Below, one piece after another: positions 47,292 through 56,940 of a stretch of DNA of 64,000 bases. The stretch spans positions 3,008,001 to 3,072,000 of the forward strand of contig OZ241917.1 in NCBI GenBank assembly GCA_965203805.1, in the 5' to 3' direction. The DNA is from Candidatus Latescibacterota bacterium. GTDB taxonomy: Bacteria; Latescibacterota; UBA2968; GCA-2709665. The position numbers and the translations under genes are program-made. Position 1 is the first letter of the stretch. Each line of letters opens with the position of its first letter. The notes under the pieces are model-generated. The model saw only the letters and a list, made by a program, of their open reading frames with translations, searched no databases and was not told where the DNA came from.

Positions 47292-48290
47292 ATGGTTAAA
47301 CTCGGTGTCTTCGGCTGCGCGGGCATTGCGACCCATCAACTGAATTCCGTCTGGGAAGACAAGCGGTTCGAACTGGTGGCCGGCGCGGACGTCCGTCCGG
47401 CTCAACTCGACGTCTTCCGGGAAAGATTCGGCATGCGGCACGGGTACGCCGACTATCGGCATCTGCTTGCCGAGGCCGATATCGAAGCCGTCATGATCTG
47501 CACGCCCACCTTCCTCCACCCGGAAATGGCCGTCGCAGCCGCGGAAGCCGGGAAACAGATCTTCTGCCAGAAACCCATGGCGATGAGTTCGTACGACTGT
47601 TATCGCATGATTCAGGCCTGCCAGAGACACGATGTCGGCCTCCAGATCGGTTTCGTCCGGCGCTTCGACAACGATTGGGGCACGGTGAAGAGGATCGTCG
47701 AATCCGGCCGGCTCGGAAGCCCGCTTCTCTGGCGCCAGACCTCGGGGGGCCCACCGCCGGGCAGCCCGTTCTTTATGGACCGCTTTCAGGGAGGCGGGCC
47801 GATGATCGACGGTATGGTCCACAACTACGACTTCGCCGTGCATTGTTTCGGCGAACCCGTGGAAGTCAAGTCGATGCCGATGAAGATCCACCACTCGTCG
47901 ACCGCCTGGGACACGGGCACCGTCCTCGTCCGCTTCGAACGGGGCGACGCCATCATGTGTTCATGGACCTGGGGCATGCCGGCCGGCGTTCGCGCCGGAG
48001 GCGGCACCGACATCATCGGTCCCAACGGGGTGCTCCGGTTTCCCGGCAACTGCGATCCGAAGAAGGTCGAAGGCAAATTCAATTCCGACACCCATGGCGC
48101 CTACCTCCTGACGCTCGCGGACGGCGAAGAGGAAGTCATCACCTTCGAAAAGAAGAACATGTTCCGGGATGAGATGTTGCATTTCGCCGATTGGGTGGAA
48201 AACGGCGCCGAACCCCGCGTTACGGGCGAGGACGGGCTGCGCGCCACCCGGATCGCGGAACTTGCCCTCAACGGGGGTGGGCTGTGTTAA
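47292..48290 (+). CDS. Gfo/Idh/MocA family oxidoreductase
   Basis: GVFGCAGI, ICTPTFLH, CQKPMA and GGGPMIDGMVHNYD. Confidence 0.92.
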   Translation: MVKLGVFGCAGIATHQLNSVWEDKRFELVAGADVRPAQLDVFRERFGMRHGYADYRHLLAEADIEAVMICTPTFLHPEMAVAAAEAGKQIFCQKPMAMSSYDCYRMIQACQRHDVGLQIGFVRRFDNDWGTVKRIVESGRLGSPLLWRQTSGGPPPGSPFFMDRFQGGGPMIDGMVHNYDFAVHCFGEPVEVKSMPMKIHHSSTAWDTGTVLVRFERGDAIMCSWTWGMPAGVRAGGGTDIIGPNGVLRFPGNCDPKKVEGKFNSDTHGAYLLTLADGEEEVITFEKKNMFRDEMLHFADWVENGAEPRVTGEDGLRATRIAELALNGGGLC

Positions 48291-48323
48291 CCTGGGAAGA
48301 GAGCCGTCGAAAAGCCTGAACGT

Positions 48324-49232
48324 ATGTCCCGGCATGAGGAAATCAATATGGCCCAGTTACGTATCGCTCTGGCGCAGACGCGCCAGAGCGCCGATCGAGA
48401 GGACAACCGCCGGGCTGTTCTCGATGCGATCGACCATGCGGCCTCACGGGACGTACAAATCCTGTGTTTTCCCGAGACACAGACGATCGGCTATCGGGTC
48501 GACATTGCTTCGGCCGACGCACCCGTGCCCGTCGATTGGCTCAATGAGGTCCACGCCGAGGTTTCGGCGCGATGCGCGAAGCACGGAATGGCATGCATCC
48601 TGGGTACGGAGACGCCGTCGGGCAGCGGTAAGCCGTACAACTCCGCCCTTGTGATCGACAGGGATGGGAACGTCCTGGGTAGGCACCACAAGACCATGCT
48701 GACGCCGCTGGACGCCATGGCCTACGAACGGGGAAACGCGCAGCATACGTTCGATGTTTCCGGCGTGCGCATCGGCGTGGTCATCTGCTTCGAGGCGTTG
48801 CGCTTCTCGGAGACGACGGCCGAATGCGTTCGGCGCGGCGCGCAGGTCGTCTTCCATCCGCAGAACAACACGACCCGTCCGAACGACTGGAAGATCCCAA
48901 TCCACCACGCCATGATTGTCACTCGCGCCGCCGAGAATACCGTCTGGTTCGCTTCCTGCAACGCCTGCCTGCCGCACCAGAACAGCCGCAGCCTGATCGT
49001 CGCCCCCGACGGACGAATACAAGGGCAAACGGCGCTGGGACAGGAGGAATTGCTGGTACGCGACATCGACATCCGGATGGCAACGCGCGCCATGTTCCGC
49101 CTGGGAGAAGACGGCCCGGCCACGGGGGCCCTGGAACAAAGCGCAAGCCTGCTGTTCGCCGACACGGTGGAGGCGGAAGAATACGCAACCGCAATCGAGG
49201 CGGAGAAGCCCCTGGCCAGAGCATCGCAATGA
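48324..49232 (+). CDS. Carbon-nitrogen hydrolase (nitrilase superfamily)
   Basis: Glu-Lys-Cys triad: CFPE, HHKT and VICFE; RAAEN. An alternative start is 48348. Confidence 0.9.
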   Translation: MSRHEEINMAQLRIALAQTRQSADREDNRRAVLDAIDHAASRDVQILCFPETQTIGYRVDIASADAPVPVDWLNEVHAEVSARCAKHGMACILGTETPSGSGKPYNSALVIDRDGNVLGRHHKTMLTPLDAMAYERGNAQHTFDVSGVRIGVVICFEALRFSETTAECVRRGAQVVFHPQNNTTRPNDWKIPIHHAMIVTRAAENTVWFASCNACLPHQNSRSLIVAPDGRIQGQTALGQEELLVRDIDIRMATRAMFRLGEDGPATGALEQSASLLFADTVEAEEYATAIEAEKPLARASQ

Positions 49233-51274
49233 CCGCTCGAACCGTCCTAATATTGGCCGTGTTCCTCTGCACGGCTCCAACGCTGTATGCGCAGGGCAGC
49301 GATACGCCGCCGGAAGCCGACTTCAACGCCGACGGCAACGTCGACTTCCGGGATTTTATCCTGTTGGCGCAAGCCTTCGGCACCGGACAGGCCCTATTCG
49401 ACCTGAACCGCGACGGCGTTGTCGGCTTCGGCGACTTTCTGCTGTTCGCCCGGTCGTTCGGCCGGACCGGCGCCCCGGGTCCCCGGGTCCGCGATATCGG
49501 CATCCCGGTACGCTCCGTCAACTGGGTCCGGCTCCATCCCGGCCGGGACGGTGAGGGCCGCCCCCGCGTGAACGTCACCATGGGACAACAGGCCGACAAC
49601 CTGTTCGTCCTGCAGGTCGACCCGGAAACCGGCGCGTTCCGGCAGTTCGTCTCCGAGGTACCGAGATCCAACTACCCTACCGCCACGTTGATGAGCCGCT
49701 CGGGCCGCCTCTACATCGGGTCCGCGTACGCCGGCCACCTCCTCTGCTTCGATCCCGGCCTGAACGCGCTTCTGGACCTCGGCGCCATCAACCCGAAGGC
49801 CGCCACCTTCCCGTGCCGGATGGACGAGGACGAGGACGGTCGTATCTGGATCGGCAGCTATCCGGGGGCCGACCTGACCGTTTACGACCCGAAAACCGGC
49901 GAGTTCACGCGCTACGGCCGCATGTCCGACGTTGATCTGTACAACTATCCCCTGGTTGCCCCGGACGGCAAGATCGCCTGCCTGATCCGGCAGACACGGC
50001 CCCACGTCGTCGTTTTTGATCCAGATACGCGGAAACGGTATCTCGCCGGTCCGATCACGTTCAAGGGACAGGGCACGCTGAATCTGGAGAGAAGGCGGGA
50101 CGGCAACCTCTACGTCATCACGTCGGATTACGGCAACTTCCTGATTTCCGGGAACGAAGGAATCGCCGTTGCGACGCTACCGGGCCGCGTGCCGCGGCCG
50201 ACGCTTCCCGACGGCAGCACGTTCGTTTTTTCCGACGCCGCGGAACAGATCTATCGTACCCTCAGCGTCCGCCGTTCCTTCGGCAGCGTCCGCACGTTCG
50301 AACTCGATTACGAGGCCAGCGGCACTGACATTTTCTACATTCACACGGGCCCGGACGAGCTGATCTACGGCTCCAGCATCCTGCCGTTGCACCTCTTCAG
50401 ATTCAATCCGGCCTCCAGTGAACTGGTCGATCTGGGGAGATGTTCCCGCTCCACCGGGGAAGCCTATTCCATGGCGAACCTGGACGGCCGGCTTTATATC
50501 TCGTCCTATCCCGCCGCCCGCATTTCAGTCTACAACCCTTCACTTCCGTATCACTACGGCACGGCTCCGGAAGATAATCCCCGCGACCTGGGCCGGCTGG
50601 ACGATATCTCCTACCGGCCCCGATCCACGCTCGCGGGTCCAATGGGCAGGGTCTGGATCGCGTCCGTACCCGACTACGGCCGTTGGGGCGGCCCCCTCGC
50701 CTACTACGATCCCGCGACGGGAGAGAGGAAGTCCTACAAACGTATCGTGGACGACGCGAGTTGCTATACCCTGGCCCACCTGGAATCGCAGAAACTCATT
50801 GCCGTGGGCACAACGATCAACGGCGGCAGCGGCACCCGGCCCCGCGTCAGCGAAGCCACGCTCTTCCTCTGGGACTACCAGGCCGAATCGAAGGCCTGGG
50901 AGGGCACGATCGAGCGTGGAAGCGCGCCCGCATCGGTCTTCAATGCGTTGCTCACGGGGCCCGACGGCCTGCTCTATGGCACGGTTCGGGGCCGCGGTCT
51001 CGAAGAGCTCTTTGTGTTCGATCCCGACACCCGCACCTTCACCCACCGGATCTCACTGCCAGACGGACGCCCCCTGGACCTGGGCCTTCAGAACGGTCCG
51101 GACGGCAAGATCTACGGCTTCACGACGGCCTTCGTGTACCGTCTCGATCCCGCCACGCTTCAGGTTGAGGAAGTCCTTCGCGTGGACGACGGGATCCGGA
51201 TCGCCGGTCCGATTCTGGGCAACGAAATATACTTCGGCACCGGCGCCGTCCTTCGTTCGGCTACCATATTCTGA
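49229..51274 (+). CDS. Exported protein: N-terminal EF-hand/dockerin-like pair plus beta-propeller
   Basis: Signal peptide; ADFNADGNVDFRDF..DLNRDGVVGFGDF; repeated GRLYIG/GPDGLLYG/YDP.TG blades. Confidence 0.8.
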   Translation: MTARTVLILAVFLCTAPTLYAQGSDTPPEADFNADGNVDFRDFILLAQAFGTGQALFDLNRDGVVGFGDFLLFARSFGRTGAPGPRVRDIGIPVRSVNWVRLHPGRDGEGRPRVNVTMGQQADNLFVLQVDPETGAFRQFVSEVPRSNYPTATLMSRSGRLYIGSAYAGHLLCFDPGLNALLDLGAINPKAATFPCRMDEDEDGRIWIGSYPGADLTVYDPKTGEFTRYGRMSDVDLYNYPLVAPDGKIACLIRQTRPHVVVFDPDTRKRYLAGPITFKGQGTLNLERRRDGNLYVITSDYGNFLISGNEGIAVATLPGRVPRPTLPDGSTFVFSDAAEQIYRTLSVRRSFGSVRTFELDYEASGTDIFYIHTGPDELIYGSSILPLHLFRFNPASSELVDLGRCSRSTGEAYSMANLDGRLYISSYPAARISVYNPSLPYHYGTAPEDNPRDLGRLDDISYRPRSTLAGPMGRVWIASVPDYGRWGGPLAYYDPATGERKSYKRIVDDASCYTLAHLESQKLIAVGTTINGGSGTRPRVSEATLFLWDYQAESKAWEGTIERGSAPASVFNALLTGPDGLLYGTVRGRGLEELFVFDPDTRTFTHRISLPDGRPLDLGLQNGPDGKIYGFTTAFVYRLDPATLQVEEVLRVDDGIRIAGPILGNEIYFGTGAVLRSATIF

Positions 51275-51299
51275 CCCGCGGCCAGGGGAGGCACACTGA

Positions 51300-52367
51300 A
51301 TGGCCAGAACAGCCGCCAACAGCAGGCTCCGCATCGCCTTCATCGGCGCAGGAGGCATCGCGGGCACCCACATGCGCTGTTTCAAGGAGATGGACGACGT
51401 CGAAATGGTCGCCCTGGCGGACATTTCGGAGGCGGCGCTCGAAAGCCGTTCGAAGGAATACGATATCGAGAATTGCTTTTCGGACTACGAGACCATGCTG
51501 GGCAGCGTCAGGCCCGATGCCGTCAGCGTCTGCACGCCGAACGGCATCCACGCGCCCGCCGCCATTGCCGCGCTGGATGCGGGCGCTCACGTCATCGTTG
51601 AAAAACCCCTGGCCATGAACGCACGCGAAGGAAAAGCCATGCTCGACGCGGCCGGAAACCGCGGCCGCAAGCTCGTCATCGGCTTCCAGCAGCGCTTCGA
51701 CCCGAGAACCCAATTCATCAAGAAAGCCATCGACAGCGGCAGATTGGGGAGGATACTGTTCGCCCGTTTGCAGGCCCTGCGCAGGCGCGGCATTCCGAAC
51801 TGGGGAGTTTTCGGCCGGAAAGAGCTCCAGGGAGGCGGTCCGCTGGTGGACATCGGCGTACACGTGCTGGAAGCCGTCCACTACCTCATGGGTTCACCCA
51901 GACCCGTTGCGGCCAGTGGAAACGTCTTTACGTACCTCGGCGACAGGAAGTCGGAAGCGGCCTGCAGATGGCAGGACTGGGACTATAAGAACTACACCGT
52001 TGAAGACCTTGCGGTGGGCCAGGTCCGTTTTGAAGACGGCGCCGTCATTCACATCGAGTCCAGTTTTGCCGCCCACATCCGCTCCGACGTATGGAACTTT
52101 CAGCTCATGGGCGAAAAAGGCGGCGCTACCTGGGATCCTCTCTCGATCGCACGGGATGACAACGGATACATGGTAAATACCGAACCGGGCTGGTTGCCCA
52201 AATCCGACTTCGGATCCGCTTTCGGGGCGAAATTACGCAATTTCGTCGACCACGTCCTCTACGACAGACCAACGCTCGCGCCGGCCGAACACGGGCTGAT
52301 GGTGCAGAAGATGATGGATGCGATTTACCTGTCGGCCGAAAAAGGTCGGGAAATGGAAATCGAGTAA
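51300..52367 (+). CDS. Gfo/Idh/MocA family oxidoreductase
   Basis: FIGAGGI, VCTPN, EKP and GGGPLVDIGVH. Confidence 0.93.
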   Translation: MARTAANSRLRIAFIGAGGIAGTHMRCFKEMDDVEMVALADISEAALESRSKEYDIENCFSDYETMLGSVRPDAVSVCTPNGIHAPAAIAALDAGAHVIVEKPLAMNAREGKAMLDAAGNRGRKLVIGFQQRFDPRTQFIKKAIDSGRLGRILFARLQALRRRGIPNWGVFGRKELQGGGPLVDIGVHVLEAVHYLMGSPRPVAASGNVFTYLGDRKSEAACRWQDWDYKNYTVEDLAVGQVRFEDGAVIHIESSFAAHIRSDVWNFQLMGEKGGATWDPLSIARDDNGYMVNTEPGWLPKSDFGSAFGAKLRNFVDHVLYDRPTLAPAEHGLMVQKMMDAIYLSAEKGREMEIE

Positions 52368-52400
52368 ATACCAGGTTTTCCTGTCTCCCCGGGAAACGGC

Positions 52401-53804
52401 ATGAAAGAATCGATCGATACCGAAGTCCTCGTTTCCGAATCGCGTCACCTGTGGCAGAACTATTTCCCCGGCGCAAAACCGGAACAAGAGCCAACCGCGA
52501 TTACCCGCGGCGATGGCCTCTATATTTATGATGCCGAGGGAAACGAATACCTGGACACCTTCGCCTCGCTGCTTACGACCCTGTGCGGGCACGGCCGCAC
52601 CGAAGTCGTCGACGCGGTCAGGAACCAGATGGAGAAACTGGCGTACTTTCCCGGCGGCCAGGACGTCCTGATCGAACCTGCCGTCAGGCTGGCGGCGAAG
52701 CTTGCCGAAATCGCACCTGGGCGACTCTCGGTCTCATTCCTTGTCAACGACGGCTCGGAAGCAAACGAGGCGGCCATCAAACTGGCGCGCAGCTATCACT
52801 GGGCCAAGGGCGAGAAAAACCGCTACAAGGTACTATTTCGAAGGGGCTCATATCACGGGGCCACACTCGGCGCGCTCTCCGCGACCGGCCTGGCAGGGAC
52901 TCGCGAGCCCTATGAACCCCTGTTGCCCGGGTTTACCCACGCGATGCCCGCGAACTGTTATCGCTGTGAACTCAGCCTGGATCCCAGAACCTGCGCGCTG
53001 GCCTGCCGCCAGAATCTGGCGTCCATCCTGGAATGGGAGGGGCCCCGGTCGGTCGCCGCCGTCATCCTGGACCCCATCCCCGGGTCCAACACGGGATTTC
53101 CCCTTCCCCCGGACGGTTATCTGCAGAGCGTGCGGGATCTCTGCGACGCGCATGGCGTCCTGCTCATCTTCGACGAAATCCAGACCGGCTTCGGTCGCAC
53201 GGGAAAGATGTTCGCGTGTGAAAACTGGGACGTTACCCCCGATATCTTAACCGTCGCCAAGGGTTTCTCCGGGGGTTATCTGCCCATTGGCGCCGCGATT
53301 GCAACCGAGGAAATTGCCGAGACCATTCAAAGGGCGGGTACGGGATTCCGGCACATCCACACCTTTTCCGGCCATGCGGCCGCCTGCGCCGCCGCACTCG
53401 CCCATATCAAAATCATCCAGAACGAGAACCTCGCGGCGCGCGCCGCAGACCTGGGTGTCTATCTTCAGGAAAAACTGAACGAACTTCACCGGTATCCCAT
53501 CGTGGGAAATGTGCGCGGCCTCGGCACGCTCTGGGCCGTCGAACTCGTTGGCAACCGCGAAACAAAAGCGCCCTTGAATCCTCCCGACAAGGCCGGCGGC
53601 TTTATTTCCGATTTCTGCCGGAAAGCCGGCATGATCCTGCGCAACAACGGCGACATCCTCGTCCTGGCTCCTGCTCTCGTGATGACATTCGAACAGGCAG
53701 ACCGGATGCTCAACCTGCTGCACACCGCCATCGAACAGGCGCTGAGCCATTGCGAACAAAAAAACGACGTCTTTCAGTGGACCGACGAGTCGTCCGAGAA
53801 ATAG
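52401..53804 (+). CDS. Class III PLP-dependent aminotransferase
   Basis: GSEANE, SYHGAT, FDEIQTGFGRTG, AKG, HTF and VRGLG. Confidence 0.93.
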   Translation: MKESIDTEVLVSESRHLWQNYFPGAKPEQEPTAITRGDGLYIYDAEGNEYLDTFASLLTTLCGHGRTEVVDAVRNQMEKLAYFPGGQDVLIEPAVRLAAKLAEIAPGRLSVSFLVNDGSEANEAAIKLARSYHWAKGEKNRYKVLFRRGSYHGATLGALSATGLAGTREPYEPLLPGFTHAMPANCYRCELSLDPRTCALACRQNLASILEWEGPRSVAAVILDPIPGSNTGFPLPPDGYLQSVRDLCDAHGVLLIFDEIQTGFGRTGKMFACENWDVTPDILTVAKGFSGGYLPIGAAIATEEIAETIQRAGTGFRHIHTFSGHAAACAAALAHIKIIQNENLAARAADLGVYLQEKLNELHRYPIVGNVRGLGTLWAVELVGNRETKAPLNPPDKAGGFISDFCRKAGMILRNNGDILVLAPALVMTFEQADRMLNLLHTAIEQALSHCEQKNDVFQWTDESSEK

Positions 53805-53868
53805 GTCCGGACCGCCGCCGGACGCCAGGTAACGCCGCCGCCAGCTTCTCTACCTGTGAGAAAAACCA

Positions 53869-54867
53869 ATGATGCCGGAAAAGGAAAAGTGCCTCGACAT
53901 GCTCCGACGGATGTACCGCATCCGCGCTTTCGAAGCGCAGGTAAGGGACCACTACGACTACACCAGCTACCTTCGCGACAATCCCGAAAGCGAAGGGGCC
54001 ATTTCCGGTGCGGCCCATCTGGCCATCGGGCAGGAGGCAGCCGAAGTCGGCGTCTGCGCCGCCCTTGAGCCGGATGACTCAGTGGCCAGTACGCACAGGG
54101 GTCACGGTCACGCCATCGCAAAAGGGGCGGACCTCAAGCCGATGATGGCGGAGCTGATGGGGCGGAAACAGGGGTACAGCGGCGGATGCGGCGGCTCTAT
54201 GCACATCTTCAGTCCCGAACTCGGACTGATCGGGGGCAACGGCATCGTGGGGGCTCAGATTCCCATCGCCACCGGCGCCGCTTTCTCCGCCAAATACCGC
54301 GGCACGCGGCAGGTGGCCGTCGCTTTCTTCAGCGAGGGGGCCGCCAACCAGGGCGCTTTTCACGAAGCCCTGAACATGGCCGCGCTCTGGGACCTCCCCG
54401 CGATCTACGTCTGCGAAAACAACCTCTACGCCGCCACAACGCCAGCTTCTATCACGCTTTCGCCCCCCGACGTCGCCGCTAAGGCCGCAGCGTATGACAT
54501 GCCCGGATTCATCGTGGATGGTCAGGACATCCTCGAGGTGCACCAGGTCGCTTCCGAGTCTGTCGCCAGGGCGCGCGCCGGAAACGGACCCACGCTTATC
54601 GAATGCAAGACCTACCGCTTTGTGAGCCACGCGGGCGGAGGCAAAGGCGACCACAACAATCCTGAGGAGCTTGAGACCTGGAAACGCAAGGACCCGATCG
54701 GCCTATTCGAACGCAAGCTCTTCAAGGCCGGATACCTGACCGAAGAAGAGAGACAATCCATCGTTTCCGAAGCCGCAGCGGCCGCCGAAGAGGCCGTCGC
54801 CTACGGCAAGCGATCTCCGTATCCTGATTTCGAAGCGTTGCCCGTTTCCTCAGGTGTCGCGCTCTAG
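53869..54867 (+). CDS. TPP-dependent 2-oxoacid/acetoin dehydrogenase E1 alpha subunit
   Basis: IGQEA, THRGHGH, GGSMH, EGAANQG..CENN and KTYR. Confidence 0.93.
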   Translation: MMPEKEKCLDMLRRMYRIRAFEAQVRDHYDYTSYLRDNPESEGAISGAAHLAIGQEAAEVGVCAALEPDDSVASTHRGHGHAIAKGADLKPMMAELMGRKQGYSGGCGGSMHIFSPELGLIGGNGIVGAQIPIATGAAFSAKYRGTRQVAVAFFSEGAANQGAFHEALNMAALWDLPAIYVCENNLYAATTPASITLSPPDVAAKAAAYDMPGFIVDGQDILEVHQVASESVARARAGNGPTLIECKTYRFVSHAGGGKGDHNNPEELETWKRKDPIGLFERKLFKAGYLTEEERQSIVSEAAAAAEEAVAYGKRSPYPDFEALPVSSGVAL

Positions 54868-54933
54868 CCTGATGGAATGTACCCTTCCGAATCGGCCGGA
54901 TTTACCGTATTGAATTCATTGGGAGACCATTCA

Positions 54934-55896
54934 TTGCCCCACGTTACCTACGCCCAGGCCATCAGCGACGCCATCCGGGAGGAAACCGCCCGCGACGAGC
55001 GCGTCTTCACCATCGGCGAGGACATCGGTCCGGTCCGCGATCCGGAGCAACTCTGGGACCGGTTCCGGGAACGCCGCACGTGGCAGACCCCCATTTCCGA
55101 ATCGGGCTTCGTTGGACTGGCGGTCGGCGCCGCCATGACCGGCCTGCGCCCGGTTGCGGTCATCATGTATTGCGACTTCGTGACCGTCTGCATGGACCCC
55201 ATTGTCAACCAGGCCGCGAAGATTCATCTGATGTCCGGCGGCAACGTCGACGTCCCGCTGGTGATCCGCACGCCCGGCGGCGCCGGTACGCGCGAGGCCG
55301 GCCATCACAGCCAGAGCCTCGAGAGCTGGTTCGTCCATACGCCGGGTCTGAAAGTGGTGATGCCGGCCACTGCCGCCGACGCCAAGGGCCTGATGAAGGC
55401 CAGCATCCGGGACGACGGCCCGGTCGTTTTCATCCAGCATAGACTGCTGGGCGATATCGAAGAAGCCGTACCGGACGGCGATCACGTCGTTCCGTTAGGC
55501 ACGGCCGACGTCAAGCGCGAGGGCGCCGACGTGACCGTCGTCGCCGTCTCCTACGCGCTGCCGAAGACGCTTCAGGCGGCTGAATCCCTGGAACCCGAGA
55601 TCGGCGTGGAAGTGATCGATCCCCGTACACTCGTCCCGCTCGACGCGGGCACCATCCTTCGCTCGGTCAGGAAAACCGGCCGCCTCCTGGTCGTACACGA
55701 AGCACCCACGCGCGGCGGTTTCGGCGCCGAAATCGTACGGCAGGTTACCGAACGGGGATTCGACCACCTTCGCGTACCCCCTCGCGTCCTCGGCGGCCTC
55801 AATACGCCCATGCCATACAGCGCCCCGCTCGAAGACGCCTGTCTTCCTCAGACCGAAGATATCGCCGCAGCCATCAGGAGCTGCGTCCGCGCCTGA
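54934..55896 (+). CDS. TPP-dependent dehydrogenase E1 beta subunit
   Basis: GEDI, TPISE, HSQSLE, EVIDPRTLVPLD and KTGRL; TTG start after GGGAG. Confidence 0.93.
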   Translation: MPHVTYAQAISDAIREETARDERVFTIGEDIGPVRDPEQLWDRFRERRTWQTPISESGFVGLAVGAAMTGLRPVAVIMYCDFVTVCMDPIVNQAAKIHLMSGGNVDVPLVIRTPGGAGTREAGHHSQSLESWFVHTPGLKVVMPATAADAKGLMKASIRDDGPVVFIQHRLLGDIEEAVPDGDHVVPLGTADVKREGADVTVVAVSYALPKTLQAAESLEPEIGVEVIDPRTLVPLDAGTILRSVRKTGRLLVVHEAPTRGGFGAEIVRQVTERGFDHLRVPPRVLGGLNTPMPYSAPLEDACLPQTEDIAAAIRSCVRA

Positions 55897-55918
55897 CCCT
55901 GCCTCCTTAGGAAGCCCG

Positions 55919-56164
55919 CTACTCCCCCCGTTTCCCCCGCCCCTTGATTCTGCGCCGCTGGTTCCTGACCAGGGTCACGATTTCCTGCGTGGAGACGTCC
56001 GCCCGGATCGACGGAACGTCCATCGGCGATCCGGAGGGCGGTTCCGGCACGAGTGCGTAGGTCCTGCCGTCTTTGCGACGAATGAGAACCTTGCCCGTCG
56101 CCTCGGCTTTGTCGAGTACGGTAGAGAAATTCTGCCTGGCTTCCGAGTAGGTATATACGTCCAT
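55919..56164 (-). CDS. Phd/YefM-type antitoxin
   Basis: MDVYTYSEARQNFSTVLDKA..VLIRRKDG, a Phd-like N-terminus; 81 aa. Confidence 0.85.
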   Translation of the reverse strand: MDVYTYSEARQNFSTVLDKAEATGKVLIRRKDGRTYALVPEPPSGSPMDVPSIRADVSTQEIVTLVRNQRRRIKGRGKRGE

Positions 56165-56165
56165 C

Positions 56166-56564
56166 CTACACCCCCAAACTGACGAGCTTGATACCCAATA
56201 AGCCTGCGGCCCGTCCAAGCGTTCGATCCAGCGTCAACAGCGGCGCACCATGTCGCAGAGCGCAGTCCAGAAAGTACGCGTCGTAAGCGTATGCGTTCAC
56301 CTGCGCCGAGATCGACAAGACATTTGACATGTCGACGTTTACGTATTGAAGCGGAATGCTCTCCAGAATCTCCATGCCGCGCTGGGCATCCGCGACGCGA
56401 ACGCGGCGTTGCTTGATCATTGCCGAGAAGGCATTGCCAACTTCCCAGGGAATGGATCCGGGTCCGATAAGCGTATTCCCCGATGTGACTGCGACAATCG
56501 CATCTCTTTCCGGTTCTGCTACGATTACCGCGATGATTGCTGACGTGTCGATGACCATGTTCAC
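56166..56564 (-). CDS. VapC-type PIN domain toxin
   Basis: VIDTSA, WEVGNA, AYDAYFL and LLTLD; GGAG RBS. Confidence 0.9.
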   Translation of the reverse strand: MNMVIDTSAIIAVIVAEPERDAIVAVTSGNTLIGPGSIPWEVGNAFSAMIKQRRVRVADAQRGMEILESIPLQYVNVDMSNVLSISAQVNAYAYDAYFLDCALRHGAPLLTLDRTLGRAAGLLGIKLVSLGV

Positions 56565-56586
56565 GATTATATCTCCAGGATACGAT

Positions 56587-56616
56587 CAATTGTACAATTG
56601 TCAGGACAGATGTCAA
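56587..56616 (-). promoter_or_regulatory. TA promoter with palindromic operator
   Basis: Minus strand TTGACA-16 nt-TACAAT; the perfect 14-bp palindrome CAATTGTACAATTG (56587-56600) covers the -10. Confidence 0.75.
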
Positions 56617-56696
56617 GGGGAAAACATCGATTCGCGGAAAAGCGGAGAGACGGGGAGAAAATCAGCTAACGGCTTTCAAAAGCCGCTGTGAGGGCG

Positions 56697-56718
56697 GGGC
56701 GGACATTCCTGTCTGCCC
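56697..56718. repeat. REP-like palindrome
   Basis: GGGCGGACA-TTCC-TGTCTGCCC hairpin; single copy in the window. Confidence 0.5.
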
Positions 56719-56940
56719 GCGTGCGCTGGACCTGTCTGTCAACACGGATCTCGCGTTTGACATATGCGCCGGCTTGGAACCGGACGAATCACAATGTCGT
56801 TGCGAGCATTTTCCATCGAAACCCGAAAGCGGACTTGCGTTTTTCGTATATCAGGGTACAATAGGGGTACAGAACAGAGGAGAAGCAGTCCGGTATTGCT
56901 TCCGAGTCGTTCCCTCTACACCCTTCATCCGGAGAATGAG

